A stretch of DNA of 62,267 bases, the filler included, from Nitrospirae bacterium CG2_30_53_67 (lineage in GTDB: Bacteria; CG2-30-53-67): assembly GCA_001873285.1 (NCBI GenBank). It is 5 parts of 5 records of this genome, joined end to end, with 100 filler letters (N's around TTAATTAATTAA, not from the genome) between each part and the next. Parts side by side here need not be neighbours in the genome. Positions count along the whole stretch, not along the records: positions 1 to 12,430 come from MNYV01000134.1; positions 12,531 to 27,288 come from MNYV01000012.1; 3 more parts are not named here. One strand, given 5' to 3'. The notes under the pieces were generated by a model. It was not told the DNA's origin. It did no database searches and saw only the letters and a list, made by a program, of their open reading frames with translations. Each line of letters starts with the position of its first letter. The first letter of the stretch is position 1. Shown here piece by piece: positions 8,046 to 18,511 of this stretch. The position numbers and the translations under genes were made by a program.

Positions 8046-10209
8046 TACAAACCCGGCACATCTCCTCGACGGCCTCAATCCCGAGCAGCGGGAGGCGGTC
8101 CTCCACGAGCAAGGGCCTCTTTTGATCCTAGCCGGGGCCGGGAGCGGGAAGACCCGCGTGATCACGCACAGGATCGCCTGTCTAATTCAGGAAAGGGGGG
8201 TCGGCCCCATGCAGGTCCTGGCCGTAACCTTCACGAACAAGGCGGCCGGCGAGATGCGGGAGAGGGTGGAGCGCCTGCTCAAACGCGACTGCCGGGGTCT
8301 CTGGATCAGCACCTTCCATGCCTCCTGCGCCAGGATCCTCCGGAGCCATATCTCCCTGCTCGGATATGCATCCAATTATGTGATCTACGATACGCAGGAC
8401 CAGAAGGCCCTGATCCGCTCCTGCGTGAAGGAGCTGAATATCAATGAAAAGCTTTTTTCAGGCGATGCGATCCTCTCCAGAATCAGCCAGGCCAAGAACA
8501 GGCTCCTCGGTCCTTCGGAGTATGCCGCAGATGCCAAGAAATTCGGAGTAGAGGCCAAGACCGCCCAGGTCTTCGATCTCTATCAGAGACGGCTCAAGGA
8601 AAATAATGCCCTGGACTTTGACGACCTTCTCATGCTCACGGTCCGGCTCTTTCAGAACCATCCCGAGGTTCTGAGCATCTACCAGGAGCGGTTCCGGCAC
8701 ATCCTTGTGGACGAGTACCAGGACACCAACCACGCCCAGTACCGGCTCATCCGCCTCCTCTCGGAGAAGCGCCGCAACCTCTGCGTGGTGGGGGACGACG
8801 ACCAGGGGATCTACAGCTGGCGGGGCGCCGACATCGGAAACATTCTCTCCTTCCGAAAGGATTATCCGGATCTCAAGGTCATCCACCTGGAAGAGAACTA
8901 CCGGTCCACACAAACCATCCTGACCGCGGCCTGGCATGTGGTGCAGCAGAACCTTCAAAGAGAGCCCAAGAAGCTCTGGACCCGAGCCGGCCAAGGGGAA
9001 CAGATCGAATACCATGAGGCTCCCGACGACGTAGAGGAGGCTGAAGCCGTCTCCCTGAAGATCCGGAATTTTCAGGCCGCCGGCAGGAGCCTTTCGGAGA
9101 TCGCCGTCTTCTACCGGACCAATGCCCAGTCCCGAGTGCTCGAAGACGCCATGCGCCGTCACAGCCTCCCCTATGCCGTGATCGGAGGCTTCCGCTTCTA
9201 TGATAGGAAAGAGGTCCGGGACCTCCTATCCTATCTCCGGGTGATTGCGAACCCGAACGACTCCGTCAATCTGCGGCGCATCCTCAATGTCCCGCCGAGG
9301 GGGATCGGGGCCGCCACACTAAGCCGGCTTTCGTCCTATGCCTCGGAACGCCGGATGCCTCTGTTTTCAGCCATGGACGAGATGGCCGCACGGAACCTGA
9401 TCGTCGGCCGAGCAGGCAGGGAGGCCGGAGAATTCATACGGATGATCAAAAACCTGATCCGGGAAAAAGAACGGTCCGCCCCGTCTGAGATTCTCCAACA
9501 AATCGACAAGGCGATCCACTATACCGGCAGGCTGCAGGAATCCCGTGATCCCGTGGAAATCAGCAGGGCGGAAAATATCCGGGAACTCTACTCGGCCATC
9601 CGAGAGTTCGAAGAGATATCCGATGAAAAGACCCTGGAGGCATTCCTGGAGAGGGTCGCCCTGGTCTCGGATACGGACCAGATCGACCCCTCGCTTGGGA
9701 CCGTCACCCTCATGACCCTGCACAGCGCCAAGGGCCTGGAATTCCCCGTGGTCTTCATGACCGGCATGGAAGAGGGGCTCTTTCCCCATAACAACAGCCT
9801 GAAGAGTGAATCAGGACTGGAGGAGGAACGAAGACTCTGTTACGTAGGACTCACCCGAGCCAAGGAGAAGGTCTTCCTCTCCTCGGCGGAATCCAGAAGG
9901 ATCTACGGCTCCTACCGCGCCTGTATCCCGTCGAGGTTCATAGATGAGATCCCCAGAGAGTTCATATCCCGACCGGCCCGCACCCGGCGTCAGACTCCTT
10001 CGGCATCGCCGGAATTCAGCCGGATCGTCCCTTCGGTCCGGATCGAGAACGGTTTCCCCGTGGGGGTGCGTGTCCATCATCCCCTCTGGGGCATCGGCAC
10101 CATCACCGAATCCGGCGCTTCCGACAAGGGGGCCAAGGTCACGGTCTATTTCCAGCGCGTGGGAACCAAGAAGCTCATCGCCGAACTTGCCGGATTGAAA
10201 CGGATCTGA
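8035..10209 (+). CDS. pcrA: ATP-dependent DNA helicase PcrA/UvrD
   Basis: AGAGSGKT, VDEYQDTN, VGDDDQ.IY.WRGA, TLHSAKGLEF, EEERRL.YV. Confidence 0.95.
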   Translation: MEHNTNPAHLLDGLNPEQREAVLHEQGPLLILAGAGSGKTRVITHRIACLIQERGVGPMQVLAVTFTNKAAGEMRERVERLLKRDCRGLWISTFHASCARILRSHISLLGYASNYVIYDTQDQKALIRSCVKELNINEKLFSGDAILSRISQAKNRLLGPSEYAADAKKFGVEAKTAQVFDLYQRRLKENNALDFDDLLMLTVRLFQNHPEVLSIYQERFRHILVDEYQDTNHAQYRLIRLLSEKRRNLCVVGDDDQGIYSWRGADIGNILSFRKDYPDLKVIHLEENYRSTQTILTAAWHVVQQNLQREPKKLWTRAGQGEQIEYHEAPDDVEEAEAVSLKIRNFQAAGRSLSEIAVFYRTNAQSRVLEDAMRRHSLPYAVIGGFRFYDRKEVRDLLSYLRVIANPNDSVNLRRILNVPPRGIGAATLSRLSSYASERRMPLFSAMDEMAARNLIVGRAGREAGEFIRMIKNLIREKERSAPSEILQQIDKAIHYTGRLQESRDPVEISRAENIRELYSAIREFEEISDEKTLEAFLERVALVSDTDQIDPSLGTVTLMTLHSAKGLEFPVVFMTGMEEGLFPHNNSLKSESGLEEERRLCYVGLTRAKEKVFLSSAESRRIYGSYRACIPSRFIDEIPREFISRPARTRRQTPSASPEFSRIVPSVRIENGFPVGVRVHHPLWGIGTITESGASDKGAKVTVYFQRVGTKKLIAELAGLKRI

Positions 10210-10211
10210 AA

Positions 10212-11555
10212 CTATTCTTTTCGGATCAGCCTTGCTGCAAAAAAACCATCCGTGTGATGGAGATGCGGATAGGCATGGAAGTAACCCTGCTCATCGAACA
10301 TTTCGAGGATAGCCGCTTCCAATTCTTTGGGCTTCTTCTCGATCGTAAATTCCGGTCTCTCTCCAAGGAATCTCCCGATGACCTCTTCATTCTCCTCGGG
10401 CTCCGTGGAGCAGGTGGCATAGATTAGCGTCCCCCCATCCCGGACAAACCGGCTGACATTCCGAAGAATGGATAACTGTCTTTCCTGATGCCGGATGAGA
10501 TCCTCTGCGCTCTTGATCCACTTGGCCTCTGGGTGGCGCCGGATGGTGCCGAGCCCGGAGCACGGGGCATCGATCAGAATCCGGTCAAAGGGCTGAGCAA
10601 ACTCGACGCGTGACGCGTCCCCGGTTTGCAGCGTCACACTTCGTATGTCGAGGCGTTTCAGGTTCTCCTGCATGCGCGCGATCTTGCCCTCTTCCATTTC
10701 GAGGGCGACAATCTCCCCGCGGTCTTGCATGAGCTGCGCAAGATGCGAAGCCTTGCCGCCGGGCGCGGCGCAGGCGTCCAGTATCCTTTCCCCGGGCTTG
10801 GCTCCGGACAAATGGGCCACGATCATGGACCCTGGGTCCTGGACATAGAACCATCCCTGTTGATAGCCGGGAAGGGTTGTGAGATCTCCTTGACCTGACA
10901 CCTCGACTCCTTCAGGAACCAGGGGATGGGGGCGGGCCCCCTCGGCCTGCCCGGAGATCCGGCTGATCCATTCCTCTCTCGATATCTTCAGGGTATTGAC
11001 CCGCAGGAAAAGCGGAGGGGGGAGGTTGGAGGCTTCCAAAAGACGCTCAGCCGTCCCGGCGCCGAAACGTCGGACCCAGCGTTCCACCAGCCATTCCGGA
11101 AAGGAATACGCGGCTTGGAGATAGGAGATGGTCAGAGATGGATCCGGAAGGGAGAGGTCTTCCCTTCTCCGGATCAGGTTCCTAAGGACTGCGTTCACAA
11201 ACCGGACATGACCTTCATGCCCATACCTCCTGGCCAGTTCAGCCGCCTGGTCCACGGCCGCCCAGTCCGGGACCCGGTCCAGGAAAAGAATCTGGTAGGC
11301 GGCGAGCCGGAGGATGTTCCTGATCCTGACCGGCATCGCTTCAAGGGGGCGGCTTGCGATCTGTTGGAGAAAATAATCCACCCTCCCTCTCCACCGGAGC
11401 GTCCCCTTGATCAGGTTGAAGAGAAAATTCCTATCCTTTTCCCCGATGCCCCCTGCTCTGGAGAGATGCCGGTTCAGGACCTCGTCGGCAAAGCACGCCT
11501 CGGTTTCGACTTCCGTCAGGACATCGAGGGCGATCTGCCGGGAGGTCTCAGCCAC
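10212..11555 (-). CDS. rsmB: 16S rRNA m5C967 methyltransferase
   Basis: N-terminal NusB-like domain, [21 protein letters not shown]. Confidence 0.93.
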   Translation of the reverse strand: MAETSRQIALDVLTEVETEACFADEVLNRHLSRAGGIGEKDRNFLFNLIKGTLRWRGRVDYFLQQIASRPLEAMPVRIRNILRLAAYQILFLDRVPDWAAVDQAAELARRYGHEGHVRFVNAVLRNLIRRREDLSLPDPSLTISYLQAAYSFPEWLVERWVRRFGAGTAERLLEASNLPPPLFLRVNTLKISREEWISRISGQAEGARPHPLVPEGVEVSGQGDLTTLPGYQQGWFYVQDPGSMIVAHLSGAKPGERILDACAAPGGKASHLAQLMQDRGEIVALEMEEGKIARMQENLKRLDIRSVTLQTGDASRVEFAQPFDRILIDAPCSGLGTIRRHPEAKWIKSAEDLIRHQERQLSILRNVSRFVRDGGTLIYATCSTEPEENEEVIGRFLGERPEFTIEKKPKELEAAILEMFDEQGYFHAYPHLHHTDGFFAARLIRKE

Positions 11556-12387
11556 GCATGGCCTCGAGCCTTCGGATCCTCTCCTCGATGGGAGGATGCG
11601 TGGAGAAGAGCGTGGCGATCCCCACGCCCCGCAGAGGATTCACAATGAACATGTGCGCCGTGGAGGGGCTGGCCTGCATGGGAATCCGCTGGGCGCTATG
11701 TGCAAGTTTTGAAAGGGCGCCGGCGAGATATCGGGGATTGCCGGAAAATTCGGCTCCGCCTCGGTCAGCGGCATACTCCCTGGACCGGGAGATGGCCATC
11801 TGAATGAGCATGGCCGCGATCGGGGCCAGGATCATCATGGCAATGGCGGCAATCCCTCCTCCGTCTCGGTCATTATCCCTGCGGCCGCCGAAGATCAGGG
11901 CCCACTTGGCCATGCTGGCGAGCATGGTGATCGCGCCGGCCAGGGTGGCCGCCATGGTCCCGATTAGAATATCCCGATGCTTGACATGTGAAAGTTCGTG
12001 GCCCAGGACGCCCATGAGTTCATTCCTGTCCAGGATCTGCAGGATGCCGGTGGTCACGGCCACGGCGGCATGGTTTGGGTTCCTCCCCGTGGCAAAGGCA
12101 TTGGCCGCAGGATTTTCGATGATATACACCCTGGGCATGGGAAGCTCCGCCTTTCTCGTGAGCTGTTCCACCATCCCATACAGGTCCGGGGCCTCCGCCC
12201 TGGTCACCTCCTTGGCCTTGTACATGGCGAGCACGATCTTGTCCGAAAACCAGTAGGACCCGAAATTCATGACCAGCGCAAAGATCAAGGCGATCTTCAT
12301 GCCGGAGGGACCGGCCATGGCGTTCCCGGCCAGGACCAGGAGAACAGTCAGGGCCGTCATGAGCAATGTAGTGCGAAAAACATTCAT
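11548..12387 (-). CDS. htpX: Zinc metalloprotease HtpX
   Basis: [28 protein letters not shown]. Confidence 0.95.
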   Translation of the reverse strand: MNVFRTTLLMTALTVLLVLAGNAMAGPSGMKIALIFALVMNFGSYWFSDKIVLAMYKAKEVTRAEAPDLYGMVEQLTRKAELPMPRVYIIENPAANAFATGRNPNHAAVAVTTGILQILDRNELMGVLGHELSHVKHRDILIGTMAATLAGAITMLASMAKWALIFGGRRDNDRDGGGIAAIAMMILAPIAAMLIQMAISRSREYAADRGGAEFSGNPRYLAGALSKLAHSAQRIPMQASPSTAHMFIVNPLRGVGIATLFSTHPPIEERIRRLEAMRG

Positions 12388-12410
12388 GATGATGACTCCT
12401 TATGCATTGA

Positions 12411-12430
12411 GTAAAAGGGTTTGAGGGTTC
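12411..12430. repeat. Probable start of another GGGTCAAG-element copy, cut by the gap
   Basis: GTAAAAGGGTTTGAGGGTTC resembles GTAAAAAAGGGTTCGAGGGTTC of copy B. Confidence 0.5.
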
Positions 12431-12530
12431 NNNNNNNNNNNNNNNNNNNNNNNNNNNNNNNNNNNNNNNNNNNNTTAATTAATTAANNNNNNNNNNNNNN
12501 NNNNNNNNNNNNNNNNNNNNNNNNNNNNNN
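12431..12530. other. Assembly gap spacer
   Basis: N44-TTAATTAATTAA-N44, an artificial all-frame stop linker. Confidence 0.98.
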
Positions 12531-13040
12531 CGCGGAGGCCTTTGTGATCTTGTCGAAGAGATCCCGTGCGGTATCCTCAGGCCCGATGAAGATCTTCTTC
12601 TGTCCTACGATGCCGCCGGCATCGGGCTTCGGAACCATGTCATGCAGGGTGACGCCGGTTTCGCTCTCGCCATGGATCAGCGCCCAGTTGACCGGGCATC
12701 GCCCCCTGTACTTTGGAAGATAGGAGCCGTGCATGTTCATGGATCCGAGGCGGGGGATCTTCAAAATCTCCCCAGGGAGCATGTTCCGATAATAAAAGGA
12801 GAAGATCACGTCCGGCTTGAGTGATTCGACCCATCGGATAAATGCTTGGGTCCTCACGTCAGAAGGGGTATGGACCGGGATGCGGTTCCTGCGGGCGAGG
12901 TCTGCTGCCGACCGGAACCAGATCTCTTCCCTTGGATCATCCTCGTGGGTGACCACGGCGATCACCTCGGTCCCCTCATTGATCAGGACCTCAAGGCATG
13001 CGTGGCCCACATTATGATAAGCAAAGACCAGGGCTCGCAT
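12531..13040 (-). CDS. ArnA-type formyltransferase (3' end in gap)
   Basis: VFAYHNVG, FSFYYR, NMHGS.LP.YRGR.P.NW. Confidence 0.88.
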
Positions 13041-13044
13041 CGGG

Positions 13045-14043
13045 CTATTTCCCATATCCATATATCTTCCGTATGACGAATCTCGGTCTCCTCCGCACCT
13101 CCTGGTAGATCCGGCCCACGTATTCCCCCATGATCCCGACGCTGAACATCAGGATGCCGATCAGGAAAAAGAGGATGTCGAAAAGGGTGAAAAGTCCTTC
13201 AGCCTCCGGGCCTACGATGATTCTCCGGACCGCCAGAAAGATGCCGAAGGCCACGCTCAGCATGGCAATAATAAATCCGAGAAAGGTGAATATCTGGAGC
13301 GGAACAACCGAGAATCCGGTCATGAGATCAAAATTCAGGCGGATGAGTTTGTAGAGGGTGTACTTGGATTCTCCGGTAAGCCGTTCCTCATGCCCCACCT
13401 CGACTTCCGTGGGATTGGAGGCGAAGGAATGCGCCAGGGCCGGGATGAAGGTGGTCGTCTCATGACACTTGTTGATGTTCTCGATGATCCGCCTGTGATA
13501 GGCCCGGAGCATGCAGCCGTAATCCTTGAGCTCGATGCCGGTGATCCGGCTCGTGATCTTGTTGACGGCCCAGGAAGGAATCTTTCTGAAAAGGGAATCC
13601 CGGCGCTGCTTCCGGTATCCTCCCACGGCGTCGAAACCGGCCTCGATGCTCTTGACCAGTTTCGGGATCTCTTCCGGAGGGTTCTGCAGGTCTGCGTCTA
13701 TGGTGATGATGATCTCCCCGCGGCATTTCTCAAAGGCGGACATGATCGCCATGTGCTGGCCGAAGTTCCCGTTGAACTCGATGATCACCACCTCCCCGGG
13801 GCAGCGGTTCAGAAAATCCCTCAGAATGTCCATGGATCGGTCCACACTGCCGTCGTCCACAAAGATGATCTCAAAGGGCTTCCCTATGTTTTTAAGAACC
13901 GGATAGAGGCGCCCGAAGAGCCTCTCCAAGGTGGCTTCCTCGTTGTAGACCGGAACCACCACGGATAGGTAGGCGGCGGACGGATTCATCCCGGCAGGTT
14001 CCGGGTGCGCCTTGTGCTCTCGTATCTCCCGATCCATCTTCAT
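13045..14043 (-). CDS. arnC: Undecaprenyl-phosphate 4-deoxy-4-formamido-L-arabinose transferase (GT2)
   Basis: VVPVYNE, DDGS, NFGQH.A, DADLQNPPEEI, DYGCMLRAY; two C-terminal TM helices. Confidence 0.88.
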   Translation of the reverse strand: MKMDREIREHKAHPEPAGMNPSAAYLSVVVPVYNEEATLERLFGRLYPVLKNIGKPFEIIFVDDGSVDRSMDILRDFLNRCPGEVVIIEFNGNFGQHMAIMSAFEKCRGEIIITIDADLQNPPEEIPKLVKSIEAGFDAVGGYRKQRRDSLFRKIPSWAVNKITSRITGIELKDYGCMLRAYHRRIIENINKCHETTTFIPALAHSFASNPTEVEVGHEERLTGESKYTLYKLIRLNFDLMTGFSVVPLQIFTFLGFIIAMLSVAFGIFLAVRRIIVGPEAEGLFTLFDILFFLIGILMFSVGIMGEYVGRIYQEVRRRPRFVIRKIYGYGK

Positions 14044-15239
14044 GTCCTCCTCCTGTGCTGCCGGCAGACCTTCCTGACGGCGGCGATCACGTCCTCCTGA
14101 TCCTTATCCGTCATCGCGGGATAAAGAGGCAAAGAGAGAATCCGGTCCGAGACATACTCGGCGTGCGGCAGGTCTCCCCGGCGGTAAGGAAAATGTTTCC
14201 GATAATAGTCGTGAAGGTGAACCGCGATGAAATGAATCCCTGTGCCGATCTTTTCCATCTTGAGCGCATCCATGAATCCGTCACGGTCCAGGGTCAGTTT
14301 TTCAGGCCGCACCAGTATGACATAGAGATGCCAGGCGTGAAGGTGAGGATAAGAGACCTCCTGGGGCAGTTCGATCTCATCCAGATCGGCGAAGGCCTGG
14401 TGGTATCGCTCCGCCATCTCCTTTCGCCTCCGGTTGAATGTCGGAATCCTTCTCAACTGGTGGATCCCCAATGCGGCCTGGATGTCCATGAGGTTGTATT
14501 TGAAACCGGGGGCCAGGACGTCGTAATGCGGCGTCCCCTTTTCATCGTAGCGTTTCCAGGCGTCTTTGGATATGCCGTGAAACTTGAGCATGCGGATGGT
14601 CTCGGCCAGGTCTTCGTGGTTTGTGGTGACCATCCCTCCCTCTCCGGTGGTCATATTCTTGATCGGGTGAAAGGAGAAGACCGTGAGCTCGCTTCCGGCG
14701 CCGATCCGCTTCCCTCGGTATTCCGTCCCTATTGCATGCGCGGCATCCTCGATGACCTTAAGATGGTGAGCGCCGGCAATCTCGTGGATCCGGTCCATAT
14801 CGCAAGGCTGCCCTGCGAAGTGCACAGGAATGACGGCCTTGGTCCTGCCGGTGACCTTCTCTTTTATTTTTTCGGGGTCGATCTGCAGGGTCTGCGGGTT
14901 GATATCCGCAAAGACCGGCGTGGCCCCGTTGGCTACGATCATGTTCACGGTGGCCACGAAGGTCATCGGCGTCGTTATCACCTCGTCCCCGGGACCGATG
15001 CCCAGGGCCATCATGGAAAGATGCAGTCCGGCTGTGGCCGAAGAGAGCCCCACGGCATATTTGGAGCCTACGTATTCGGCGAAGTCCTTTTCGAATTGAT
15101 GGGCCTTGGGCCCGGTGGTGATCCATCCGGATCGGAGTGAGTCGGAAACCTCCGCAATCTCCTCTTCGCCGATGGATGGGAGGGAAAAGGGGAGAAAGGT
15201 GAGCCGCCCGGGGGGCGATTGCTCTATATTTTTGGTCAT
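14040..15239 (-). CDS. arnB: DegT/ArnB-type aminotransferase
   Basis: SGWITTGP, EDAAHA, FSFHPIKNMTTGEGG; arn context. Confidence 0.85.
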   Translation of the reverse strand: MTKNIEQSPPGRLTFLPFSLPSIGEEEIAEVSDSLRSGWITTGPKAHQFEKDFAEYVGSKYAVGLSSATAGLHLSMMALGIGPGDEVITTPMTFVATVNMIVANGATPVFADINPQTLQIDPEKIKEKVTGRTKAVIPVHFAGQPCDMDRIHEIAGAHHLKVIEDAAHAIGTEYRGKRIGAGSELTVFSFHPIKNMTTGEGGMVTTNHEDLAETIRMLKFHGISKDAWKRYDEKGTPHYDVLAPGFKYNLMDIQAALGIHQLRRIPTFNRRRKEMAERYHQAFADLDEIELPQEVSYPHLHAWHLYVILVRPEKLTLDRDGFMDALKMEKIGTGIHFIAVHLHDYYRKHFPYRRGDLPHAEYVSDRILSLPLYPAMTDKDQEDVIAAVRKVCRQHRRRT

Positions 15240-15305
15240 AAATCCCCTTCAGCTTTGGGTAACAGACTGAATATATCAATCTCAAATCTCAAATTTGAAA
15301 TCTCT

Positions 15306-16967
15306 TTATATCGGCGTCTGCTCCCCTTGATTATGGTTGGTGAGAAAAACCAGATCCCACTTCCATCCCTTGAGGGGGAGATCCGGTATATAGAGCTGTA
15401 TGCTGACTTTTTCCAGGCGTTCTTTTTCACGTTTATAGATGGATCGGTTCATCAGGCAGTATACGGTTTTCCCCTGTTTGAGAAATGAGATTCCATCCTC
15501 GATCCTGTACTCGAAATCCTTGAGGGGGCGGTTTCGCTCCCGGTTGATGTAAAAGACGGCGCTGGGCGGGTGAAAGCCCACGCAGCCGAGATCGCTGTCA
15601 CCGGCTTTTTCCGCCGCCATCCGGCAGAGCTTCTTGGATGAACGGCTTCGGGCGTCCAGTTCCGGATAGACCACGCCGGCAGAGAAGAACTCCATCGAGA
15701 AGGCGAGAACAAAAAAGGCCGTCAGCATCCTTGTTGCCTCGCTCCGTTTGATGAACCGGAACATCAAGGCCGACCAGATCGTGATGAAAAGGAGCGCTGT
15801 TAGCGTCTGCAATACGAGACCGGAGAGTTTTACCAGGACAAAAACCGTCCCTGCCGTTCCAACCAGAATCAGGAGGACAATCAGAAAGATTCCGCCGCCC
15901 CTCACCCAGCGCATCAAGCTGATGAATTTATTTTCATAAAAAATTTGATGAAGCGCCTCACCCACAAGGAGAGAGAGGGCCGGATAAAGAGGAAGAATAT
16001 AGATGGAACGTTTGCTTTGCGACAGGCTGAAAAAGATCAGCATCGAAAGAAACCAGATCAGGAGAAAGATCCTCCCCGGATTTTTTTCCTTGTCTTTTTG
16101 AAACCAGTAGGACATGGTGGCCGGCAGGAGAATCGTCCATGGCATGAAGTGCAGGGGAAGTTTCACCAGGTAATAATAGAAAGGCTGCAGATGATCAAAG
16201 GCATGGAAGAACCTCTCTATGTTCTGCCGGAAAAAGAACTCGGTTCCGAAGGCCTTTCCCTCCAGAATGAACCATGGGGATGCGACCAGCAGGATCAGGA
16301 GCAAGCCCGTCAAAGGTTTCATGCGGGCGACGGCCTTGATATCCTTCTGAACGAGAAGATAGAGCCCGGCGACCATCACGGGAACCATGACTCCGAGCGG
16401 GCCTTTGGCCAGAACGGCCAGTCCCATTGCGAGGTAGGCGGCAAGGATGTTTCTTTGAGGAAGGATGCCGTGATAACATGAATAAAAAACAAACAGGGAG
16501 AAGGTCAGCAGAAGGCAGAGGATCATATCAATCTCCGCGGACCGGGCCTGCTCAAAGATCATATGGTTGCTGATGAAGATCAGGGCGCCCAGGAACGCGG
16601 CGCTGTGGCCGAAGATGATCCTTCCCAGGAGGAAGACCAGCAAGGCCGTCCCGATCCCCGCCAGGGCCGAGGGGGCCCGAGCCGAGAACTCATCCACCTT
16701 CCCCTGGAATGCGGAAAAGGCGGCGATGCTCCAGTAATAGAGCGGCGGCTTGACCAGGGCGGGTTTGTTGGTGATGGGCTCGCCGTTGTAGCTGAGATGA
16801 ATCCAGTCCTTGCTTTTCAGCATCTCATAGGCGATGACCGCCCCCCTTGGTTCGTCCGGATCCCAGAGAGAGATCTTCCCAAGGTTATAGAAGAAAACAG
16901 ACCCTGAGAGGGCAAGAATGAGGATGACGGATAACCAGTATTTAATCAGCCATTTGTCTGATGACAT
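15306..16967 (-). CDS. arnT: ArnT-family (GT83) lipid A aminoarabinose transferase
   Basis: DPDEPR, KPPLYYW, LAKGP, H.QPFYYY; many TM helices; likely start MSSDK. Confidence 0.85.
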   Translation of the reverse strand: MSSDKWLIKYWLSVILILALSGSVFFYNLGKISLWDPDEPRGAVIAYEMLKSKDWIHLSYNGEPITNKPALVKPPLYYWSIAAFSAFQGKVDEFSARAPSALAGIGTALLVFLLGRIIFGHSAAFLGALIFISNHMIFEQARSAEIDMILCLLLTFSLFVFYSCYHGILPQRNILAAYLAMGLAVLAKGPLGVMVPVMVAGLYLLVQKDIKAVARMKPLTGLLLILLVASPWFILEGKAFGTEFFFRQNIERFFHAFDHLQPFYYYLVKLPLHFMPWTILLPATMSYWFQKDKEKNPGRIFLLIWFLSMLIFFSLSQSKRSIYILPLYPALSLLVGEALHQIFYENKFISLMRWVRGGGIFLIVLLILVGTAGTVFVLVKLSGLVLQTLTALLFITIWSALMFRFIKRSEATRMLTAFFVLAFSMEFFSAGVVYPELDARSRSSKKLCRMAAEKAGDSDLGCVGFHPPSAVFYINRERNRPLKDFEYRIEDGISFLKQGKTVYCLMNRSIYKREKERLEKVSIQLYIPDLPLKGWKWDLVFLTNHNQGEQTPI

Positions 16968-16976
16968 TAATTTCTT

Positions 16977-17005
16977 CCTGATGTTTTCACCCACTCTTTT
17001 AGAGA
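16977..17005. repeat. Solo end of the GGGTCAAG element
   Basis: CCTGATGTTTTCACCCACTCTTTTAGAGA matches the end of copy B. Confidence 0.8.
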
Positions 17006-17069
17006 GAATTTAAAAAAATAAAACTAACATAAAACCCTTCATTCTGCAAGATTTTTCATGTTCAAGGCA

Positions 17070-17099
17070 TTGACAGAAAGCCGTTCCTTCGGATAGAAT
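17070..17099 (+). promoter_or_regulatory. Putative sigma70 promoter of the GH13 gene
   Basis: TTGACA, 18 nt, TAGAAT. Confidence 0.45.
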
Positions 17100-17124
17100 C
17101 CTATAATTTTAGAAAAGGATCGGC

Positions 17125-18432
17125 ATGCAGAAAAAAAGACCTTTTAAGCAAGGGGCAAGGATCTACAACCTCTTCCCGCTCCTTGCCGGCGTCATAGATC
17201 TATGGCCCGCCCATCTGCGCCGGGCCAGGGATATGGAGTTCAATTGGGTTTTTGTAAACCCGTTCCATTATCCGGGCTTTTCAGGAAGCCTCTATTCCAT
17301 CAAGGATTACTACAAAATCAATCCCCTGCTTGTTTCCGAGCGATCGTCAAAAAGTCCGATGGATCAATTAAAGAAGACGGTGGAGGAGACGAAAAAACTG
17401 GGGCTGAATATGATCATGGATCTGGTCATCAACCATACGGCCGTGGACTCGCTTCTGGTTAAGCATCATCCGGCATGGTATCTTTGGAACCCTGAGGGTA
17501 CGGTGAAGAATCCTTCGGTATGGGAAGGGGACCGGTGTGTGGCGGTCTGGGGGGACCTGGCTGAAATCAACAACGAAAACTCTCCGGATCGGGAGAATCT
17601 TTGGAGATACTGGGAGGAGCTTGCGCTCTTTTACTGCGGGGTCGGGTTCAAAGGGTTTCGATGCGATGCGGCCTACCAGGTGACGGACGCTCTCTGGAAA
17701 CGGCTGATCCATCGGGTCAAGGAATCCTATCCCGGCGCCCTTTTCTTCGCCGAGACCCTGGGCTGCGAGATTGAGGATGTGGTGAGGCTGGGGAAGGCCG
17801 GATTCGATTATACCTTTAACAGCTCCAAGTACTGGGATTTTGAGGAGCCGTGGTGCCTGAGCCAGTACCGGGAGAATTCATGCTGGACACCGTCCGTGAG
17901 TTTTGCCGAATCCCACGACACCCTGCGTCTCGCAGAGGAACTCCATGGGGATGAACAAGAAATCAAACAGCGTTATCTCTTCTCAGCGCTCTTCTCAACG
18001 GGCGTGATGATGCCCATGGGTTTTGAGTTCGGGTTTCAAAAAAGGCTGCACGTGGTTTCAACCAGGCCTGCTGACTGGGAAGAGACCCATACGGATCTGA
18101 CCGGTTTTATCCGGGAGGTGAATGGTTTAAAAAAAAGCCATCCGGTTTTCAATCAAGACGGCCCCATGGAGATCGTAGACGTGGAGAACCCGAGAGTCCT
18201 CTGTTTAAAGAAGAAGACCTTTGAAGGAGACGAATGCGCCCTGATCCTCCTGAACAAGGATCAAAAAACGCCCCAGGCTTTTCGCATCCCCTCCCTTGTC
18301 TCCCTCCTTTCCGAGGAGGGCCCGGCCATGGATATGACGCCGGAACATTTGAGGACTGTTCTTCCCGATGATTTTCGGGAAGAGATCCCTCCCGCAGGTT
18401 ACCGGGTCATCCATAGCGGGCCTTGTTTCTGA
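17125..18432 (+). CDS. Alpha-amylase family (GH13) glycoside hydrolase
   Basis: DLVINHT, GFRCDAA, FAETL, ESHD catalytic regions. Confidence 0.9.
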   Translation: MQKKRPFKQGARIYNLFPLLAGVIDLWPAHLRRARDMEFNWVFVNPFHYPGFSGSLYSIKDYYKINPLLVSERSSKSPMDQLKKTVEETKKLGLNMIMDLVINHTAVDSLLVKHHPAWYLWNPEGTVKNPSVWEGDRCVAVWGDLAEINNENSPDRENLWRYWEELALFYCGVGFKGFRCDAAYQVTDALWKRLIHRVKESYPGALFFAETLGCEIEDVVRLGKAGFDYTFNSSKYWDFEEPWCLSQYRENSCWTPSVSFAESHDTLRLAEELHGDEQEIKQRYLFSALFSTGVMMPMGFEFGFQKRLHVVSTRPADWEETHTDLTGFIREVNGLKKSHPVFNQDGPMEIVDVENPRVLCLKKKTFEGDECALILLNKDQKTPQAFRIPSLVSLLSEEGPAMDMTPEHLRTVLPDDFREEIPPAGYRVIHSGPCF

Positions 18433-18511
18433 TTTTTATCCTCCCTTTGTCATTCATCCGGCAGATATTAAGGATCTCAAAATAGATTTAAGACCATTAA
18501 TAAATCGGAAT

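Noticed and set aside
12475..12486. TTAATTAATTAA palindrome repeated four times
   Set aside because: Centred in identical N runs; an artificial contig linker
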